Of a stretch of DNA of 64,000 bases, positions 41,564-51,063 are shown piece by piece. Source of the stretch: an uncultured delta proteobacterium (GTDB lineage Bacteria > Desulfobacterota > Binatia > UBA9968); assembly GCA_963755715.1 (NCBI GenBank), contig CAVWLW010000074.1, forward strand, positions 108,164-172,163, in the 5' to 3' direction. Made by a program: the position numbers and the translations under genes. The stretch's first letter is position 1. Every line of letters begins with the position of its first letter. Below the pieces are notes generated by a model. That model did not search any database. It worked only from the letters and a program-made list of their open reading frames with translations, and was not told the origin of the DNA.

Positions 41564-42469
41564 ATGAAAGTGGTTATCACAGGAGCGACAGGGTTAATCG
41601 GCTCGATCTTGACCGATCGACTGTGGAATCAATTTCACTCTGTGGTGCTGCTGAGTCGGAAACCGCCCTCGGAAATCAACGTCACAAAAAAGGAATGGTT
41701 CGCATGGCAGCCGGGCGTTGGCGGCGAATGGGAGAAGGCCATCGACGGCGCCGACGGCATTATCAACTTGGCCGGCGAACCGATTGCCGCCAAACGCTGG
41801 AGCGTGGCGCAGAAAGCCAAGCTGCGCTCCAGTCGAATTGACGCAACCCGATCGTTGGTCGATGCAATTTCCAAGGCGAACGTAAAGCCAAAGTTTTTAA
41901 TCAACGCGTCAGCCGTAGGTTATTACGGGCCGCACGGGGATGAAACCGTGACGGAAAAGACCGGCTCCGGATCGGACTTTCTCTCGCGTCTCTGTGTCGA
42001 GTGGGAAGACGAGGCAAGAAAGGCCGAAGCGTTCGGCGTCAGAGTCGCGCTGGTGCGCACCGGCATCGTGCTCGCCAAAGGCAAGGGAGCGTTAGCCAAG
42101 ATGGTCGCGCCGTTCAAGATGTTCGTCGGCGGTCCCTTAGGCTCCGGCCGACAGTGGATGCCCTGGATTCATATCGAAGATGAGATCGAGCTGATTTCCT
42201 TTCTGATCGAAAACGATGCGGCGCGCGGTGCGTTCAACGCCACCGCACCGAATCCGGTGACTATGGAAGTATTCTCTAAAACGCTCGGCGACGCGCTCGA
42301 CCGGCCGTCGTGGGCGTCGGTGCCGCCGTCGGTGTTGGCGATCTTGGTGGGCGAGATGGCCGAGATGCTTTTAAATGGCCAGCGCGCCATGCCCGAGGCG
42401 GCGTCGAAGCTCGGCTACAATTTCAAATATCCGCATCTCGCCGGTGCACTGAAATCGCTGAAACTATAG
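41564..42469 (+). CDS. TIGR01777/YfcH family NAD-dependent epimerase-like protein
   Basis: ITGATGLIG, INLAGEPI, SAVGYYG, GSGRQWMPWIH. Confidence 0.92.
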   Translation: MKVVITGATGLIGSILTDRLWNQFHSVVLLSRKPPSEINVTKKEWFAWQPGVGGEWEKAIDGADGIINLAGEPIAAKRWSVAQKAKLRSSRIDATRSLVDAISKANVKPKFLINASAVGYYGPHGDETVTEKTGSGSDFLSRLCVEWEDEARKAEAFGVRVALVRTGIVLAKGKGALAKMVAPFKMFVGGPLGSGRQWMPWIHIEDEIELISFLIENDAARGAFNATAPNPVTMEVFSKTLGDALDRPSWASVPPSVLAILVGEMAEMLLNGQRAMPEAASKLGYNFKYPHLAGALKSLKL

Positions 42470-42529
42470 GAGCGGCGAGAGTTGAATAACACGACAACAG
42501 TGGCGGTCGCACGACATAGGTAGGACAAA

Positions 42530-43472
42530 GTGAATATAGTCAAAAATCACTCAGATTATTTGGCGGAACATTTGGTGCCAATGCGGCAACGTTTCAGCAC
42601 CGCCCTCGGGCGCGGCGATGCCGAGGACGCGGCGCAAGTGATCGACGAGTTGCTGGCGGGCCAGAGATCGCTTTTGGAGATTTATCTGGAGGTCATTGCG
42701 CCGGCGTTGGTGGCCATCGGCGACTCGTGGTGCAGCGGCGAAATCGGCGTCGGAGACGAACACCTGGCGACACAAATCGTCATCGAGCAGATGGATCGGT
42801 TGCGCTCTTTGTTCGTGACGCCTGAAGCGCGCTCGCCCTATCGCGTACTGGTCGCTTGCATCGAAGGGGAGCAGCACTTCATCGGCGCTAGAATGGTCGC
42901 CGACCTCTGCTTGTTGAAAGGCTGGGCGGTCGATTTCCTCGGCGCGAACACGCCGACGACTGCCGTCGTCGAGATGGCCAAGCGACGCCATGCGCATTTG
43001 GTGGCGCTGTCCGTGACGATGGAACAAGGCATGACCCACGTGCAGCGCCTGCTCGATGAGTTGGCGGCGCTATCGCCCGCACCGAACGTCGTTCTCGGCG
43101 GCCAGCTTTTTGCCGCCAACGCCTTGCCGGTGAGTCTCCAGCGCGGTTGCGTCATCGCGCGCGACGCCACAGACGGCATCGAGCTGATCGGCAAGCTGCT
43201 GCGGGCGGATCGGCCGAAGGCTGTGCTGAAAGAATATTTGTTGGTTTTGGCCCGCCGGGTGCGCGAGCTGCGTACGAAGAAAGGTTGGACCCAGGAACAA
43301 TTGGCCGAAGCTACCCGGGTCACCCGTGTCTGCATCGTCGCCGTCGAAGGCGGCAAACAAAACGTTTCGATGGATATACTCGTCCGCCTCGGCCAATGCC
43401 CTGGCCGTAACGCCGGAGGCTCTGCTGGCGAGCGATAGCGATTTGCCCCCAGTCCCGAGGAGAGATGCATGA
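42530..43472 (+). CDS. cobalamin-binding (CarH-type) regulator with C-terminal XRE helix-turn-helix; frameshift near 43390
   Basis: W-x9-EH (WCSGEIGVGDEH), E-x-H-x-x-G (EQHFIG), LGANTP, ALSVT, LGG; then RVRELRTKKGWTQEQLAE...VEGGKQNVS; shifted frame ends with TGA overlapping the crtE ATG. Confidence 0.88.
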
Positions 43473-44581
43473 AGAATCCGATCTTCGAGAGCGCCAGCGC
43501 GGCGATTGCGCCGCGTAACAAACCGTTTAAAGAGCGCCACCAGAGCGGCGACGAGGATGGTCTTGCTTACGCCCTTCCCGATGACCATCGCTTGGGCAAG
43601 CTGCTTGGCTTTGACGCCGCTCCGGCGGTTGGAAATATTCTTATGGACGTGTTGCTCCGTCCCGTGGCCGATCTGACTGCAAACCCCGGTAAGCGCATCC
43701 GTGCGCAATTGGTTTCGTTCAGCTACCGGCTTCTCAATGGCGATCTGCCGTTGTCTCTGGCGGCAGCGACGCGTTGCCGGTCTTGCGCCGAAGCGATCGA
43801 ATTGATTCACGCCGGCTCGCTCATCGTCGACGATATCGAGGACGGCAGTCCGATGCGTCGGGGTTGTCCGGCGCTGCATACGCGCTACGGCATGCCGATC
43901 GCGCTCAACGCCGGCAACTGGTTATACTTCTGGCCTTTCCAGTTGTTCAAAGAAACCGGCCTCGGCGAAGACGATTTGCTGCTCGTGTATGAGCGTTATC
44001 ACCGCACGCTGCTGCGCGCCCATTTCGGTCAGGCCCTCGATTTAGGCGCGCGGGTCGACACGTTGACGCAAGATGCGGTGGCCGAAGTGTGCCTGGCTGC
44101 GATGCGGCTTAAAACCGGCGCGCTCATGGGCTTCGCCGCTCTCTTGGGCGCCACGCTTGCCGATGCTTCGGAAAGATTGCTGTCGACGCTCGACGAGTTC
44201 GGTCGGGACTTGGGCGTGGCGCTGCAAATGTTCGACGATTTGGGCAACGTTATCGGTAAATGCGAGCCATCAAAGCGCTACGAGGATTTGATTTTATCCC
44301 GGCCGTCGTGGGTGTGGGCCTGCGCCGCGCAGCGCAGCAGCCCGGCGGATTACCGGGACTTCGTCGCCGCGGCGCACAGGCTGCCCGAGGCGGCTGACTT
44401 GCAAGCGTGGATGGAACGGCATTGTTTGGTACAGGAGACGCGGCAAAGCGCCCGCGCGCATCTCGACCGGAGTTTCGACAATCTCAAAAATCGTTTGAGT
44501 GCCGAACACGTGCGCTGGTCGGCGCGCGCTTTTGACGAGCTGCGCGCTCTCGGCGAGGAGATCGCGGTGGCCTATGGCTAA
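43469..44581 (+). CDS. crtE: polyprenyl (GGPP) synthase
   Basis: GKRIR, HAGSLIVDDIED...RRG, GQALD, KTG; first gene of crtEIB run. Confidence 0.85.
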   Translation: MKNPIFESASAAIAPRNKPFKERHQSGDEDGLAYALPDDHRLGKLLGFDAAPAVGNILMDVLLRPVADLTANPGKRIRAQLVSFSYRLLNGDLPLSLAAATRCRSCAEAIELIHAGSLIVDDIEDGSPMRRGCPALHTRYGMPIALNAGNWLYFWPFQLFKETGLGEDDLLLVYERYHRTLLRAHFGQALDLGARVDTLTQDAVAEVCLAAMRLKTGALMGFAALLGATLADASERLLSTLDEFGRDLGVALQMFDDLGNVIGKCEPSKRYEDLILSRPSWVWACAAQRSSPADYRDFVAAAHRLPEAADLQAWMERHCLVQETRQSARAHLDRSFDNLKNRLSAEHVRWSARAFDELRALGEEIAVAYG

Positions 44582-46106
44582 GGTGCGCGCGGCGGTGATC
44601 GGCAGTGGATTCGGCGGCCTCGCCTTGGCGATCCGCTTACAGGCGGCCGGCTGCCGCACGATGCTATTTGAAAAACGCGATCAGGCGGGTGGGCGGGCGT
44701 ACGTTTACCGTGATCAAGGTTTTACCTTCGACGCCGGGCCGACGGTGATCACGGCGCCGGATTGTTTGCGCGAGCTTTTCACGCTCGCCGGCAGGTCGAT
44801 GGACGATTACGTTGAGCTGTTGCCGGTGAATCCCTTTTATCGCTTGTTCTGGGAAGACGGCTACCGGTTCGACTATTCCGCCGACCAGGCGCTGATCGAA
44901 CGGCAGATTGAAAAAAAATCGCCGGCCGACGTGGCCGGCTATAGGCAATTTTTAAAATATTCGGAAGAAGTGTTTCGCGAGGGTTACGAAAAACTCGCCC
45001 ACGTGCCGTTTCTCAACTGGTCGAGCATGGTTTCGGTCGCGCCGCAGTTAATTCGCCTGAAAGCCTATCGCTCGGTCTACAGCATGGTCGCCAAGCATGT
45101 GCGCGATCCGCATCTACGCCAGCTCTTCAGCTTTCATTCGCTCTTGGTCGGCGGCAATCCGTTTACGACGACTTCGATCTATACCTTGATTCATTGCCTG
45201 GAGCGCAAGTGGGGCGTTTTCTTTCCCAAGGGAGGCACCGGCGCGTTGGTGCGGGCGCTGGTCAAACTCTTCAACGAGCTTGGCGGTGAAATTCGCTTTA
45301 ATGCGGAAATCGCCGAGATTTCGACGAACGGCGATAAAGTTACCGGCGTGGTGGACGGGGAGGGGCACCAACAGGCTTTCGACTTGGTGGCGAGCAACGC
45401 CGATGTGGTTCATACTTATGGCAAACTGCTCGGGCACGAGCCGCGGGCTCAGCGCATGCGCAAATGCCTGGCGAAGATGAACTACAGCATGTCGCTGTTT
45501 CTAATCTATTTCGGCACGCGGCGAAAATATCCTAATCTCCTCCATCACAATATCATCTTCGGGCTGCGCTACCGCGAATTGTTACAAGACATTTTTAGTC
45601 GCGGCCGTTTGGCTGAAGATTTCTCGCTTTACCTGCACGCGCCGAGCCAATCCGATCCGGATCTGGCGCCGCCCGGCTGTGAAACTTTCTATGTGCTTTC
45701 CCCAGTGCCGCACCTGGGCAAGCTCAATCTCGACTGGAGCGTCGAAGGGCCGCGCTATGCTGAGCGCATACTCGCTTATCTCGAACAGCGCTACATGCCG
45801 GACTTGCGCCGCGAGATCGTTGCTCAAAGAATCTTTACGCCGAGGGATTTCCAGGTTGAGCTGAATTCTCATCTCGGCTCGGCATTTTCGCTCGAGCCGC
45901 GGTTGCTGCAGAGCGCCTATTTCCGAGTGCACAATCGCGACGAGAATATCAACGGCCTGTATTTCGTCGGCGCGGGGACCCATCCGGGCGCCGGTATTCC
46001 CGGCGTCGTCAACTCGGCGAAGGCGACCGCGGGCGTGATTTTGCAGGATTTCGCCGGTGTACTGGCAAGCGCACGGCTAAAGGCCGCGGAGTTTTGCTAT
46101 GCATGA
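44574..46106 (+). CDS. crtI: phytoene desaturase
   Basis: IGSGFGG, FDAGPTVIT, LVGGNPF, VGAGTHPGAGIPGV. Confidence 0.96.
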   Translation: MAKVRAAVIGSGFGGLALAIRLQAAGCRTMLFEKRDQAGGRAYVYRDQGFTFDAGPTVITAPDCLRELFTLAGRSMDDYVELLPVNPFYRLFWEDGYRFDYSADQALIERQIEKKSPADVAGYRQFLKYSEEVFREGYEKLAHVPFLNWSSMVSVAPQLIRLKAYRSVYSMVAKHVRDPHLRQLFSFHSLLVGGNPFTTTSIYTLIHCLERKWGVFFPKGGTGALVRALVKLFNELGGEIRFNAEIAEISTNGDKVTGVVDGEGHQQAFDLVASNADVVHTYGKLLGHEPRAQRMRKCLAKMNYSMSLFLIYFGTRRKYPNLLHHNIIFGLRYRELLQDIFSRGRLAEDFSLYLHAPSQSDPDLAPPGCETFYVLSPVPHLGKLNLDWSVEGPRYAERILAYLEQRYMPDLRREIVAQRIFTPRDFQVELNSHLGSAFSLEPRLLQSAYFRVHNRDENINGLYFVGAGTHPGAGIPGVVNSAKATAGVILQDFAGVLASARLKAAEFCYA

Positions 46107-47052
46107 GGCTATGACTCCGGAGGTAAAAACGGCCCTCGACGAGTGCCGTGAAATCATCCGCAAGGGATCGAAAAGTTTTTCCTTGGCCGCGCGGCTCTTC
46201 GATCCGGCGACGCGGGACGCGGCATTTTTTCTCTACGGCTGGTGTCGCTACTGCGACGATCAGGTCGATCAGGTGGGCCGGAGTGAAAGCGCGGCCGAGC
46301 TCGGGCAACGGCTGAAAGCGCTCAAGGAGCGCACGGCGGCCGCGTTTGGCTTCGCGCCGCAGCGCGAGCCGGTTTTTATCGCCCTGCAGTATATCGTGCA
46401 CCGCTACGGCATTCCGGCGCACTATGCGCTGGAATTGATCGAGGGCATGGCGATGGACGCGCGCGGCACGCGGTACACGACTTTAAAAGAGCTTTTGCTT
46501 TACTGCTACCGCGTCGCCGGTACCGTCGGTCTGATGATGACCCACGTGATGGGCCTGCGCGATGAGCGCGCGCTTAGACACGCGGCGGATCTAGGTATCG
46601 CCATGCAGCTCACTAATATCGCGCGCGACATTATCGAAGACGCCAGCATGGGCCGGATCTATCTGCCGGCGGGGTGGTTGCGCGAAGCCGAGATCGAGCC
46701 AGAAGAGCTCGCCGCGCCACACAACCGCGTGAAGTTGGCGATGTTGACGCTGCGCTTGCTGCACGAAGCCGAGCGCTACTACCGCTCCGGCGACGAAGGC
46801 TTGTGGCATCTTTCGCTTCGCTCCGCCTGCGCGGTCACGGCGGCGCGCCGCGTCTATTCCGAAATCGGCCGGCTGCTGATCGCCAAGGGCGCGCAGGCCT
46901 GGGACGAACGGACTTACGTCACCGGCGCGCGCAAGATATGGGTGGTGCTCCGCGCGGTTGCCGGTTTGATTCGCTCGGTGCCGGCGCGCTGGTTTCAACC
47001 CTGGTCGCCAGCGCCGCTGCGCGCGATTTGGAAAGCGTCCAATGTGCAATAG
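46099..47052 (+). CDS. crtB: phytoene synthase
   Basis: GSKSFSLA, CRYCDDQVD, YCYRVAGTVG, QLTNIARDIIED...GRIYLP. Confidence 0.96.
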   Translation: MHEAMTPEVKTALDECREIIRKGSKSFSLAARLFDPATRDAAFFLYGWCRYCDDQVDQVGRSESAAELGQRLKALKERTAAAFGFAPQREPVFIALQYIVHRYGIPAHYALELIEGMAMDARGTRYTTLKELLLYCYRVAGTVGLMMTHVMGLRDERALRHAADLGIAMQLTNIARDIIEDASMGRIYLPAGWLREAEIEPEELAAPHNRVKLAMLTLRLLHEAERYYRSGDEGLWHLSLRSACAVTAARRVYSEIGRLLIAKGAQAWDERTYVTGARKIWVVLRAVAGLIRSVPARWFQPWSPAPLRAIWKASNVQ

Positions 47053-47074
47053 GTCGAATTTCTCCGGAGGATCT

Positions 47075-47899
47075 ATGTCCATCGTGCCCTGGCTATTTTT
47101 AGCCGTTCAAGCCGCCATCGTCGTCGCCAGCCTTTTGGGCTACGGCATTTTTACCGCGCGTCCGGATCTGCTCCTACAGGTCGATCCGCAGGCGAAATTT
47201 TTTACCTGGGCGTTTCACGGCTTTGCCGTTGGCAACATGCTTTTCGGCGGGCTTGCCGTCGTCGCCGATGCGCTTTGGACGGATCGGCAAAAAGCTCTTT
47301 GGGCGTTCGTTGCCGTTTATGTCGTGAGTCTCACGAGCGAGCTCATGGGCACGACCTACGGCATGCCCTTCGGCGCCTATTCGTATACTTCGCTGCTCGG
47401 TGTCAAATGGTTCGAGCGCGTGCCGCTGTTGATTCCGCTGAGCTGGTTCACCATGAGTTGGGCCTGCTGGGTCATCGCACGGCTGCGTGCCCGCGGTGCC
47501 AGCGCCGTGTTGCTCGGCGCATCTTTGCTGGTGGCGTGGGATCTTTTGCTCGATCCGGCGATGAGCAAAGTGACGAGCTATTGGGTGTGGGGAGAAACCG
47601 GCAGTTACTATGACATGCCTTGGATGAATCTTGTCGGCTGGGGCGTCACCGGTCTAGTGCTGTTCATTATTCTCAACAAGATGGCGCCTGATCCGAAGAG
47701 TAGCCCGCGCTTCGCGTTTTGGGTGTACCTGGTTAATTTTGCCTTGCCGTTGGGCTTTTGCATCTTGAATCGTTACTGGCTAGCCGTGCTCGCCGGACCC
47801 TTGAGCATCACCTTGGCGTGTTTTGTTTTTACCCGCGTGTGGCGCGGCGGATTGAACCAGCAGGATTCTCCGGTAACTTTCGCCGCCGGCCGGGGCTAA
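47075..47899 (+). CDS. cruF: carotenoid biosynthesis membrane protein (CruF/DUF422, 1,2-hydratase-like)
   Basis: ELMGTTYGMPFGAYSY, VPLLIPLSW, WDLLLDPAM, PWMNLVGW. Confidence 0.8.
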   Translation: MSIVPWLFLAVQAAIVVASLLGYGIFTARPDLLLQVDPQAKFFTWAFHGFAVGNMLFGGLAVVADALWTDRQKALWAFVAVYVVSLTSELMGTTYGMPFGAYSYTSLLGVKWFERVPLLIPLSWFTMSWACWVIARLRARGASAVLLGASLLVAWDLLLDPAMSKVTSYWVWGETGSYYDMPWMNLVGWGVTGLVLFIILNKMAPDPKSSPRFAFWVYLVNFALPLGFCILNRYWLAVLAGPLSITLACFVFTRVWRGGLNQQDSPVTFAAGRG

Positions 47900-48083
47900 G
47901 AGCACGGTATTAGACAGCCCGACGTTCGACAACGAATTGCAGAGAATGTCGCTCTCCGCTGAAATCAACTGATCTGGCGGAGGGCGACAGCTTGCGCATT
48001 GACCTGAGGGCCAGCGAAATGAGAACTGTATTGATGGGCTGAGGAAAGGAAAAGAAGGCCAACAACCATCCACCGAGTCGAGC

Positions 48084-48434
48084 ATGGTGTCAGGGTTTGT
48101 CGCACTGATAGGTTTGGTTGTTTTTGGTTTTGGATTGCTGCTCTTGTGGCTATCCGTGGTTTCTTTCGACCAAGGCATACGAGACTTCTCTCTCTGGCTG
48201 TCCTTTAGTCTCGCTCTTTTTCTTATTTTCGCTGGGAACTACACGTACACAAAATTCCGGAAGAGAAGGTTCATCAACAAGGCCCAGGTTGCTCAGCTCT
48301 TTGGCGTAAAAAAGAACATCATCGACCGGTGGTTGCTCGATGGCAAGCTACCGAAGCCTAGAAGAAGGTTAGGATTCCGACGTTGGGATTACAACGAGCT
48401 CGTGGTTCTGCTGAAGCGACAACCGAAAATCTAG
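48084..48434 (+). CDS. two-TM membrane protein with C-terminal AlpA/excisionase-like HTH
   Basis: two hydrophobic segments, then INKAQVAQLFGVKKNIIDRWLLDGKLPKP...RRW. Confidence 0.6.
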   Translation: MVSGFVALIGLVVFGFGLLLLWLSVVSFDQGIRDFSLWLSFSLALFLIFAGNYTYTKFRKRRFINKAQVAQLFGVKKNIIDRWLLDGKLPKPRRRLGFRRWDYNELVVLLKRQPKI

Positions 48435-48522
48435 TGGCGCGAAATCTGAACGAGACACTAAACTAAGTTGTCCTGTTCCGATCGTCAGCGCGCCGAGTCC
48501 AAGCATCTCACCGCCGTTGCCG

Positions 48523-49346
48523 TCAGGGGTTTTGCGGGTTGAATGTGACTAAGCCGCAGCCGGTCGCCCACGGGACAATGGGCTCGTAGGCAAGCAATTC
48601 GGCTTTCCAGCTCTGCACCGCGCCCGCGAGAGCGATCCAAGTTCTGATTTCATGACCGCCGGACCCGGCGTCGGTATTGATTTCATCGTGGCTGTACGCA
48701 GTCAAACGCGCGCGATTGCCGCTGATTAGATTTGCCAAAAACATTTTGTCGAAGGGAACGTTGATTTTCCCGTGCTTCGCCTCGCCGGGCCAGTGCGACA
48801 GGCCTCCGGTCGCAATTAGGGCGATTCGCTTTGGATTTTTTTCCAACGCCCGGCCGAGAAACTCGCCGAGCGCGAAGCAGCGCTTCGCGCTCGGCATCGG
48901 CGGCGTGAGCGTATTGATGATCACCGGCACAATCGGGATGGCCATATTGGGATTTAAGAAATGCAGCGGCAAAAAGGTCGCGTGATCGAGCAGCAATTCG
49001 TCGGAGAAAGTCGGATCGAATCCGCCGTCAAAGCAGGCGTCGATCAATTGCGTTGCCAATTTTGCGTCGCCGGGCACTCGTGTTTTGGGGATCCGCAGCC
49101 ATTCTTCGACCGGGCCGTCGTAGTGCTCGGCGCGGCCGATGCAGAAGGCGGGCATGCGTTGAGAAAAAAATTCGCCCAGTGCTCGACGGTGAGGGCGACG
49201 ATGACATCGGGTTTAGCGCCCGCGAGCCGGGCGCCGAGCTTTCGATAGTTGCCAAGAAAATTGTCTGCTTGCGCTTTGGGTGCGGCTTCCGTCCAGGCGG
49301 TCATTCCGGGGGCATGGCTGGCGGCGCAGGCGAAAACGATCGGCAT
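48523..49346 (-). CDS. extradiol ring-cleavage dioxygenase LigB-type subunit; frameshift near 49160
   Basis: ASHAP, EHWANFF, LDHAT, TGGLSHWPG, HEIRTW. Confidence 0.88.
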
Positions 49347-49350
49347 GAAT

Positions 49351-49605
49351 TCACTCCAATCCTTTTAGTGCTTTGGCATAATCTTCGTTGGAAACTTTGT
49401 TGAGCAAGGTAAATGGCCTGAGCAGCAGGGAGTGAACGCCGATCGTATAAAGAGCGCGGACATCGACGTTGAGCACCGCCGCCGACTCTTGCTCGGACAA
49501 TTCATAGCTCTTGACGAATGCGGCGGGATTGCGGCGATAGCTCTCGCGCTGCGCCGCGTCGCGATTGACGTGATAAATCAGTTTTTGTAGTTGATAGAGG
49601 CTCAT
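49351..49605 (-). CDS. LigA-like small dioxygenase subunit
   Basis: MSLYQLQK...YELSEQE...LYTIGVH; directly upstream of the LigB-type gene. Confidence 0.8.
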   Translation of the reverse strand: MSLYQLQKLIYHVNRDAAQRESYRRNPAAFVKSYELSEQESAAVLNVDVRALYTIGVHSLLLRPFTLLNKVSNEDYAKALKGLE

Positions 49606-49610
49606 CAAGA

Positions 49611-50702
49611 TCAATCCAATTTTTGGTGTAGCCAGTCGATCACGGTTTTAAAAATATTGGCAATGGAGCCCATGTGGCCGCCCGGAAAGAGGCGTATCGC
49701 CTTGGGATTTCCATGCTCCAGGAGCAGATAAAAATCATCGAGCGGCACTTGCTTGTCTTCTTTGCCGTTGACGATCAACATGGGCGCGCAGGGCTTATCG
49801 AGCCAGCCTTGGTCGAGCAGCGACAACGCCGGCATGACTTGGCAAAGTTCGTCGAACGTTTTCTTGCCGAATAAATTGGCGCGTGCCTCGATCAAGTCGA
49901 ATAAATAGGAATCTGCGTGGCGCGATCGTTCCTGCCATTCGGGTTGAAAGAAATAATGGATGCCGCCGCCCCAATTGACCGCCGCGCGCAGTTTGTCCGG
50001 CGCCAGGTGCGCCAACTTGGTCGACCAATAGCCGCCGAAGCTGGCGCCGACGACGGCAATCTTGTTGGCGTCCACCTCGGCCCGCTTCAGCAGATATTCG
50101 AGCGCGGTGGTGTGCACGATGTGGGCATCGGGTCCGGCCAATTCCGGGCATTCGCCCGTGCCTGGGCTATCGATGATAAAGCAGCCCCAGCCTTCTTTGA
50201 CGAAGGCCTCGCCGAATGAATGGCGTTCTTCTTTCCAGTTGTCGATGCCGCCCCAGTGCATGATCATCGGCGCGGGGAGCTTTTTCGGTAGTCTTAAATG
50301 ACCGATGACGGCTTTTCCTTGAAGCGGGATGGCAACTCGCTCGACCGGAATATCGAAATACTTAGACGCCGCCAAAAACATCTCTCGGGTTTTTTTATAA
50401 CCGTGGTGTTTTCCCGCCGTGCTCGGAAACGGATGACGGGCGATGCCGTAATAGCCGTAGGATTTTAGAAACGAATCTTTCGCTTGAGCGGCGTCGTCGG
50501 CCTTCTCCGCCGCCGCGGCTTTTTCCTCCCAGCGCGCGCCGAGCGCGTTCCACGCCGCGGCCCAAGTTTCGCCATCAAAGCTCGGCATTTTGGCCAGCGC
50601 CTCTTCCGCTTCGGCCTTGTCGGCGTGAAGAAAGGGCGCGCGTCGCCCGACGCGCTCGCGGATATCGTCTTTAACTTCTTCGATGGATCGTGCCTTGCTC
50701 AT
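49611..50702 (-). CDS. alpha/beta hydrolase (FrsA/2,6-dihydropseudooxynicotine hydrolase-like)
   Basis: GGIDNWKEE, PGTG, nucleophile GASFGG, GKED, GGHM. Confidence 0.85.
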   Translation of the reverse strand: MSKARSIEEVKDDIRERVGRRAPFLHADKAEAEEALAKMPSFDGETWAAAWNALGARWEEKAAAAEKADDAAQAKDSFLKSYGYYGIARHPFPSTAGKHHGYKKTREMFLAASKYFDIPVERVAIPLQGKAVIGHLRLPKKLPAPMIMHWGGIDNWKEERHSFGEAFVKEGWGCFIIDSPGTGECPELAGPDAHIVHTTALEYLLKRAEVDANKIAVVGASFGGYWSTKLAHLAPDKLRAAVNWGGGIHYFFQPEWQERSRHADSYLFDLIEARANLFGKKTFDELCQVMPALSLLDQGWLDKPCAPMLIVNGKEDKQVPLDDFYLLLEHGNPKAIRLFPGGHMGSIANIFKTVIDWLHQKLD

Positions 50703-51063
50703 GTGGAAAATCCTTTGCTGCGGTTACGCCGGGAATCGTTTGGCAAAATGCCGCCGCGCTCATTTCTCAGTGAGGTTGCGCGGTCAAATCTTTCGAAGCC
50801 GCCAATCCATGATTGTCGGCGCTATTGCTTCTCGCCTTAAATTATCACCGGCAAGTTGTCAACCTGAAATAATGGATCGAGCTTTGAAAGATTTTGCTCA
50901 GAGGTGATTCGCGACAAATCGGCCGGCGATTTACCCGGTAATTTCCCGCCCGTGGGTGTTGACGTTTAAACTTCACCATGTCATGCAATTAATTCATGTT
51001 CCCTGCTTACAAAGCGATTTTATCCGGTGTAGATTTTTTTTCAGTCTCGGCATGGAGCAGCGC

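Noticed and set aside
50703-51063. ZTP, THF or glycine riboswitch upstream of folD-gcvT
   Set aside because: I could not recognise any aptamer consensus by eye; an Rfam scan would settle it.
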